From positions 496,001 through 560,000 of the forward strand of contig OZ251248.1 of the NCBI GenBank assembly GCA_965240325.2: DNA of 64,000 nt, in the 5' to 3' direction. Shown here piece by piece: positions 58,601 to 64,000 of this stretch. The notes below the pieces were generated by a model. That model was not told where the DNA came from, did no database searches, and saw only the letters and a list, made by a program, of their open reading frames with translations. The DNA comes from Rebecca billardiae RCC1528 (Eukaryota; Protista; Haptophyta). Every line of letters starts with the position of its first letter. Position 1 is the stretch's first letter. The translations under genes were made by a program, and so were the position numbers.

Positions 58601-61600
58601 GGCGGGAATGGCGACGGGGAGGGCGGCGGGCTCGGCGGCGGGCTTGGAGGAGGGCTGGGCGGCGGGGAGGGCGGAGGGCCTGGCGGCGGGCTGGGCGGAG
58701 GGCTGGGCGGTGGCGAGGGCGGCGGCGAGGGTGGCGGCGCGGGAGGCGGCGGGCTCGGCGGTGGCGCGGGCGGTGGGCTCGGCGGCGGTGCCGGCGGTGG
58801 CGGGCTCGGCGGCGGCAATGGCGGCGGCGATGGTGGTGGGGACGGCGGGGGCGACGGAGGTGGCGACGGGGGCGGTCGCGGCGGTGGTGGCGACGGCGGA
58901 GGGCTGGGCGGCGGGCTGGGAGGCGGGTGCGGTGGCGGCGGCGATGGAGGCGGAAGCGGCGGTGGCCGGGGAGGCGGGAATGGCGGGGGAGGCGACGGCG
59001 GGGGGCTTGGCGGCGGGCTGGGCGGCGGGCTTGGCGGTGGCGACGGCGGCAAGCTCGGCGGCGGGCTGGGCGGAGGGCGCGGCGGCGGCGGCGATGGCGG
59101 TGGGGTCGGTGGCGGGTTCGGCGGTGGCGATGGCGGCGGGCTTGGCGGCGACAGGGGCGGGGGCGACGGCGGCGGCGAAGGTGGCGGCGACGGTGGCGGA
59201 AGCGGCGGCGGGCTCGGTGGCGGGCGTGGCGGCGGCGGAGACGGCGGCGGCTGCGGAGGCGGGCTTGGAGGCGGAAACGGCGGCGGCGGGCTTGGCGGAG
59301 GCGACGGCGGGGGAATCGGTGGAGGGCTCGGAGGTGGGATCGGCGGCGGTGATGGAGGTGGGGCCGGCGGCGGAGGGCTCGGCGGCGGGCTCGGCGGCGG
59401 GCTCGGTGGCGGGCTTGGTGGCGGCGGGCTGGGCGGCGGGCTTGGTGGCGGACTCGGCGGCGGGCTCGGCGGCGGGCGTGGCGGTGGGCTGGGCGGCGGC
59501 GACGGCGGCGGAGTCGGAGGCGGGGGGCTCGGTGGAGGGCGCGGGGGCGGGCTGGGCGGCGGCTGTGGGGGTGGGCTCGGCGGTGGGCTCGGCGGCGGGC
59601 TCGGCGGGGGAGCCGGGGGCGGTGGACTCGGAGGAGGGCTCGGCGGTGGGCTCGGCGGTGGATGCGGCGGCGGCGGGCTCGGCGGCGGGCTCGGCGGCGG
59701 GCGTGGCGGCGGGCTCGGCGGCGGGCTCGGCGGCGGGCTCGGCGGCGGGCGTGGCGGCGGGCGTGGCGGCGGGCTCGGCGGCGGGCTCGGCGGCGGGCTC
59801 GGCGGCGGTCGCGGCGGCGGGCTCGGCGGCGGGCTCGGCGGCGGGCTCGGCGGCGGGCTCGGCGGCGGCGGGCTCGGCGGCGGGCTCGGTGGCGGGCTCG
59901 GTGGTGGCCGTGGCGGTGGGCTAGGCGGTGGACTTGGGGGTGGTGAAGGCGGCGGGGCCGGCGGTGGCGGGCTGGGCGGTGGGCTCGGTGGCGGGCTGGG
60001 CGGCGGGCTCGGTGGCGGCGGGCTCGGCGGTGGGCTCGGCGGTGGGCTCGGCGGTGGGCTCGGCGGTGGACCGGGCGGTGGGCTTGGGGGTGGCGATGGC
60101 GGTGGAGTCGGAGGCGGCGGGCTCGGCGGCGGAGCGGGCGGCGGGCTCGGCGGCGGAGCGGGCGGCGGAGGGCTGGGTGGCGGCGATGGCGGCGGCGACG
60201 GTGGCGGGGACGGTGGTGGCGGCGATGGAGGCGGGCTCGGCGGCGGTACTGGCGGCGGCGACGGCGGTGGGCTAGGCGGTGGAAGCGGCGGGGGGCTTGG
60301 CGGTGGAAGCGGCGGGGGAGGCGATGGCGGCGGACTGGGAGGCGGGCGTGGTGGCGGGGACGGCGGCGGGGACGGCGGTGGGGACGGCGGTGGACTTGGT
60401 GGCGGGCTTGGTGGCGGCGGAGAAGGCGGCGGGCTCGGTGGCGGCGAAGGCGGTGGGCTGGGCGGCGGCGATGGTGGAGGCGCCGGCGGCGGGCTCGGCG
60501 GGGGCGAGGGTGGCGGCGGGCTCGGCGGTGGGCTCGGAGGCGGGCTTGGTGGTGGGCTAGGCGGTGGTGATGGCGGCGGGCTCGGCGGTGGGCTGGGCGG
60601 CGGGGCCGGTGGCGGGCTCGGCGGTGGGCTTGGCGGAGGAGAGGGCGGCGGGGCCGGCGGAGGCGGACTTGGCGGCGGGCTAGGGGGCGGGCTCGGTGGC
60701 GGGCTCGGTGGCGGGCTCGGTGGTGGCGTCGGCGGGGGGCTCGGTGGCGGGCTCGGTGGCGGGCTCGGTGGTGGCGTCGGCGGGGGGCTCGGAGGCGGGC
60801 TGGGGGGCGGGCTTGGTGGCGGCGTCGGAGGTGGGCTCGGCGGTGGGCTTGGCGGAGGGCTCGGCGGTGCGCTTGGTGGCGGGCTTGGCGGTGGGCTTGG
60901 CGGCGGTGGGCTGGGCGGCGGGCTCGGGGGAGGCAAGGGTGGAGGGCTTGGCGGCGGGCCCGGGGGCGGACTTGGCGGCGGGCTCGGGGGCGGGCTCGGA
61001 GGCGGGCTCGGAGGCGGGCTGGGTGGCGGCGACGGAGGTGGGCTGGGCGGTGGAGGGCTGGGCGGTGGGCTGGGCGGTGGGCTCGGTGGTGGCGAAGGCG
61101 GCGGGCTGGGCGGCGGCAGGGGAGGCGGGCTGGGAGGCGGGCTGGGCGGCGGGGTGGGCGGCGGCGAGGGCGGCGGGCTGGGCGGCGGGCTTGGAGGCGG
61201 GCCGGGCGGCGGGCTCGGCGGAGGGCTGGGCGGCGGACTCGGCGGAGGTGGGCTTGGCGGCGGGCTTGGCGGAGGGCTGGGAGGCGGCCTCGGAGGTGGG
61301 CTGGGCGGTGGCGAGGGAGGCGGGCTCGGCGGCGGGCTAGGTGGCGGGCTGGGCGGTGGGCTGGGAGGCGGCGACGGCGGCGGGCTCGGCGGCGGGCTCG
61401 GGGGAGGCGGGCTCGGCGGTGGGCTCGGAGGCGGCGACGGAGGCGGGCTCGGCGGTGGAGATGGCGGTGGTGACGGCGGTGGACTCGGCGGCGGGCTCGG
61501 CGGCGGGCTCGGCGGCGGGCTCGGCGGCGGGCTTGGAGGCGGGCTTGGCGGCGGCGGGCTCGGCGGCGGGCTCGGCGGTGGCGAGGGTGGTGGGCTCGGC

Positions 61601-64000
61601 GGCGGCGCTGGCGGCGGGCTTGGCGGTGGGCCCGGCGGTGGGCTCGGCGGCGGACTGGGCGGCGGGCTCGGCGGCGGCGAAGGCGGTGGGCTGGGTGGCG
61701 GCGGGCTGGGTGGTGGGCTGGGTGGCGGGCTGGGCGGCGGTGACGGCGGCGGGCTGGGCGGTGGGCTGGGCGGCGGGCTGGGCGGTGGACTGGGCGGCGG
61801 GCTGGGTGGTGGGCTGGGCGGCGGTGACGGGGGCGGGCTCGGCGGTGGGCTAGGAGGCGGGCTCGGTGGAGGGCTTGGAGGCGGGCTTGGCGGAGGTGGG
61901 CTTGGCGGCGGACTCGGCGGCGGGCCGGGAGGCGGGCTGGGCGGTGGGCTGGGCGGTGGCGACGGTGGCGGGCTGGGGGGCGGAGCCGGCGGTGGCGAGG
62001 GTGGCGGGCTGGGCGGCGGTGACGGTGGAGGCGACGGCGGTGGGCTCGGCGGCGGTGGGCTTGGCGGCGGGCTCGGCGGTGGGCTCGGCGGCGGGCTCGG
62101 CGGCGGGCTCGGCGGCGGTGACGGAGGAGGCGATGGCGGGGGACTCGGAGGCGGGCTTGGCGGTGGCGAAGGCGGTGGGCTTGGCGGCGGGTTCGGCGGA
62201 GGGCTAGGTGGCGGGCTTGGTGGCGGGCTCGGCGGCGGGCTTGGGGGGGGCGGGCTCGGTGGAGGGCTGGGCGGCGGGCTGGGCGGAGGCGACGGTGGCG
62301 GGACCGGCGGTGGCGAAGGAGGCGGACTTGGTGGTGGACTGGGCGGTGGGCTCGGCGGGGGGCTCGGCGGTGGTGTCGGCGGCGGGCTTGGCGGCGGTGA
62401 GGGTGGCGGGCTCGGTGGCGGAGACGGCGGTGGCGATGGAGGTGGGCTCGGTGGCGGGCTCGGCGGCGGGCTCGGCGGCGGGCTCGGCGGCGGCGGGCTG
62501 GGCGGCGGGCTGGGCGGCGGGCTGGGCGGCGGGCTCGGCGGCGGGCGCGGCGGAGGGCTTGGTGGAGGGCTTGGAGGCGGACTCGGCGGCGGGCTCGGCG
62601 GCGGGCTCGGCGGCGGGCTCGGCGGCGGACTTGGCGGAGGTGGGCTTGGCGGCGGTGACGGTGGCGGGCTCGGCGGTGGCGACGGCGGTGGCGACGGCGG
62701 TGGGCTCGGCGGCGGGCTTGGAGGCGGGCTCGGTGGCGGGCTCGGCGGCGGAGGGCTGGGTGGCGGGCTGGGTGGCGGGCTGGGCGGTGGGCTGGGCGGC
62801 GGACTCGGTGGCGGGCTCGGCGGAGGGCTGGGCGGCGGGCTCGGCGGCGGGCTCGGCGGCGGCAGCGGCGGCGGGCTCGGCGGCGGGCTCGGCGGCGGGC
62901 TCGGCGGTGGGCTCGGTGGTGGGCTCGGAGGTGGGCTCGGAGGCGGTGGGCTGGGTGGCGGGCTGGGCGGCGGGCTGGGCGGAGGCGACGGTGGCGGGAC
63001 CGGCGGTGGCGAGGGGGGCGGACTTGGTGGTGGAATGGGCGGTGGGCTCGGCGGCGGGCTCGGCGGTGGTGACGGCGGCGGACTGGGCGGCGGTGATGGT
63101 GGCGGGCTCGGTGGTGGTGACGGTGGCGGACTCGGCGGCGGTGATGGTGGCGGGCTCGGTGGTGGTGACGGTGGCGGACTCGGCGGCGGTGATGGTGGCG
63201 GGCTCGGTGGTGGTGACGGTGGCGGACTGGGCGGTGGCGGGCTTGGCGGCGGACTCGGCGGCGGCGACGGCGGAGGCGACGGCGGAGGACTCGGAGGAGG
63301 GCTCGGAGGGGGTGACGGCGGCGGCGATGGCGGCGGGCTGGGCGGGGGCGACGGCGGCGGGCTGGGAGGCGGACTCGGTGGCGGGCTCGGCGGCGGGCTT
63401 GGCGGCGGGCTTGGCGGCGGGCTTGGCGGAGGTGGGCTTGGCGGCGGTGACGGCGGCGGGCTCGGCGGCGGAGACGGCGGTGGCGACGGCGGTGGGCTCG
63501 GTGGCGGGCTCGGAGGCGGGCTCGGCGGCGGGCTCGGCGGCGGAGGGCTGGGTGGCGGGCTGGGCGGCGGGCTGGGCGGCGGGCTTGGCGGCGGACTCGG
63601 TGGTGGGCTCGGCGGTGGGCTGGGCGGCGGGCTCGGTGGCGGGCTCGGCGGCGGCAACGGTGGCGGGCTGGGCGGTGGGCTCGGCGGCGGGCTCGGCGGT
63701 GGGCTCGGCGGTGGGCTCGGAGGGGGGCTCGGAGGCGGTGGGCTGGGTGGCGGGCTGGGCGGCGGGCTGGGCGGAGGCGACGGTGGCGGGATCGGCGGTG
63801 GCGAAGGAGGCGGGCTTGGTGGTGGACTGGGCGGCGGGCTCGGCGGCGGGCTCGGCGGTGGTGACGGCGGTGGGCTTGGCGGCGGTGAGGGTGGCGGGCT
63901 CGGCGGCGGAGACGGCGGTGGCGATGGAGGTGGGCTCGGTGGCGGGCTTGGCGGCGGGCTCGGCGGCGGGCTCGGCGGCGGAGGGCTGGGCGGCGGGCTG
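31288..64000 (-). CDS. Giant polycystin-1/REJ-GPS-like membrane protein with extensin-like Ser-Pro shaft (5' end beyond the window, >10,900 aa)
   Basis: One stop-free frame to the window edge. Order: SP3 repeats, SEA-like segment, 12 LCY repeats, 5 IPT/TIG, REJ (INRAPYGG..V.P..G.AL.T.F...A.GW.DD.EDLPL.Y.F), EGF-like, GPS (CGWWD..WSTRGC..CACTHLTEF), ~5 TM ending in IWEP as in PKD1 TM5. Confidence 0.9.
44350..46130 (-). repeat. Coding tandem repeat, 174/183-bp units (58-61 aa, RTEPF marker), ~11 copies
   Basis: GGAACGGCTCCGTGCG at 44358, 44541, 44715, 44889, 45072, 45246, 45420, 45594, 45768, 45942; a variant at 46116. Confidence 0.9.
47150..56370 (-). repeat. Coding tandem repeat, 432-bp unit (144 aa, RT[AV]P[FYL] marker), ~21-22 copies
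   Basis: Marker recurs from 47208 to 56256 every 432 bp, with one 396-bp and one 444-bp variant. Confidence 0.93.

Noticed and set aside
44259-62207. Huge poly-Gly, poly-Ala and poly-Arg ORFs (4125, 3304 and 4642 aa)
   Set aside because: They are shadow frames of the Pro-rich gene. Only the Pro frame is continuous with folded domains and stays stop-free throughout.

Overview
Eukaryotic, very GC-rich genomic window. It is probably from a microalga such as a haptophyte, but that is inferred from composition and gene style only. It has four zones. (1) 1-2740: two abutting tandem satellites (208/213-bp and ~110-bp units). (2) 3204-17047: an apparently intact 13.8-kb endogenous Polinton-like virus (PLV) with 245-bp terminal inverted repeats. 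It encodes a protein-primed PolB, an A32-like packaging ATPase, major and minor capsid proteins, a lipase, a GIY-YIG/T5orf172-like nuclease, a LamG-repeat protein, a multivalent xTQx-motif protein and small ORFs. It has no recognisable integrase and no normal target-site duplication. It sits at the dyad of a GTTA|TAAC palindrome, inside a small unit bounded by 153-bp direct repeats. (3) 18.2-31.2 kb: host genes (CIA1, a conserved hypothetical, a membrane protein, a WW protein, and a catalytically dead calpain fused to two OmpA-like domains) plus a 1.1-kb P/Galileo-like foldback element. (4) 31288-64000: the 3' part of one stop-free >10,900-codon minus-strand ORF. It encodes a polycystin-1/REJ-GPS-like membrane protein carrying 12 Cys/Trp repeats, 5 IPT domains and a >6,500-residue Ser-Pro3 extensin-like shaft. 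All family calls come from visual motif recognition; no database searches were run.
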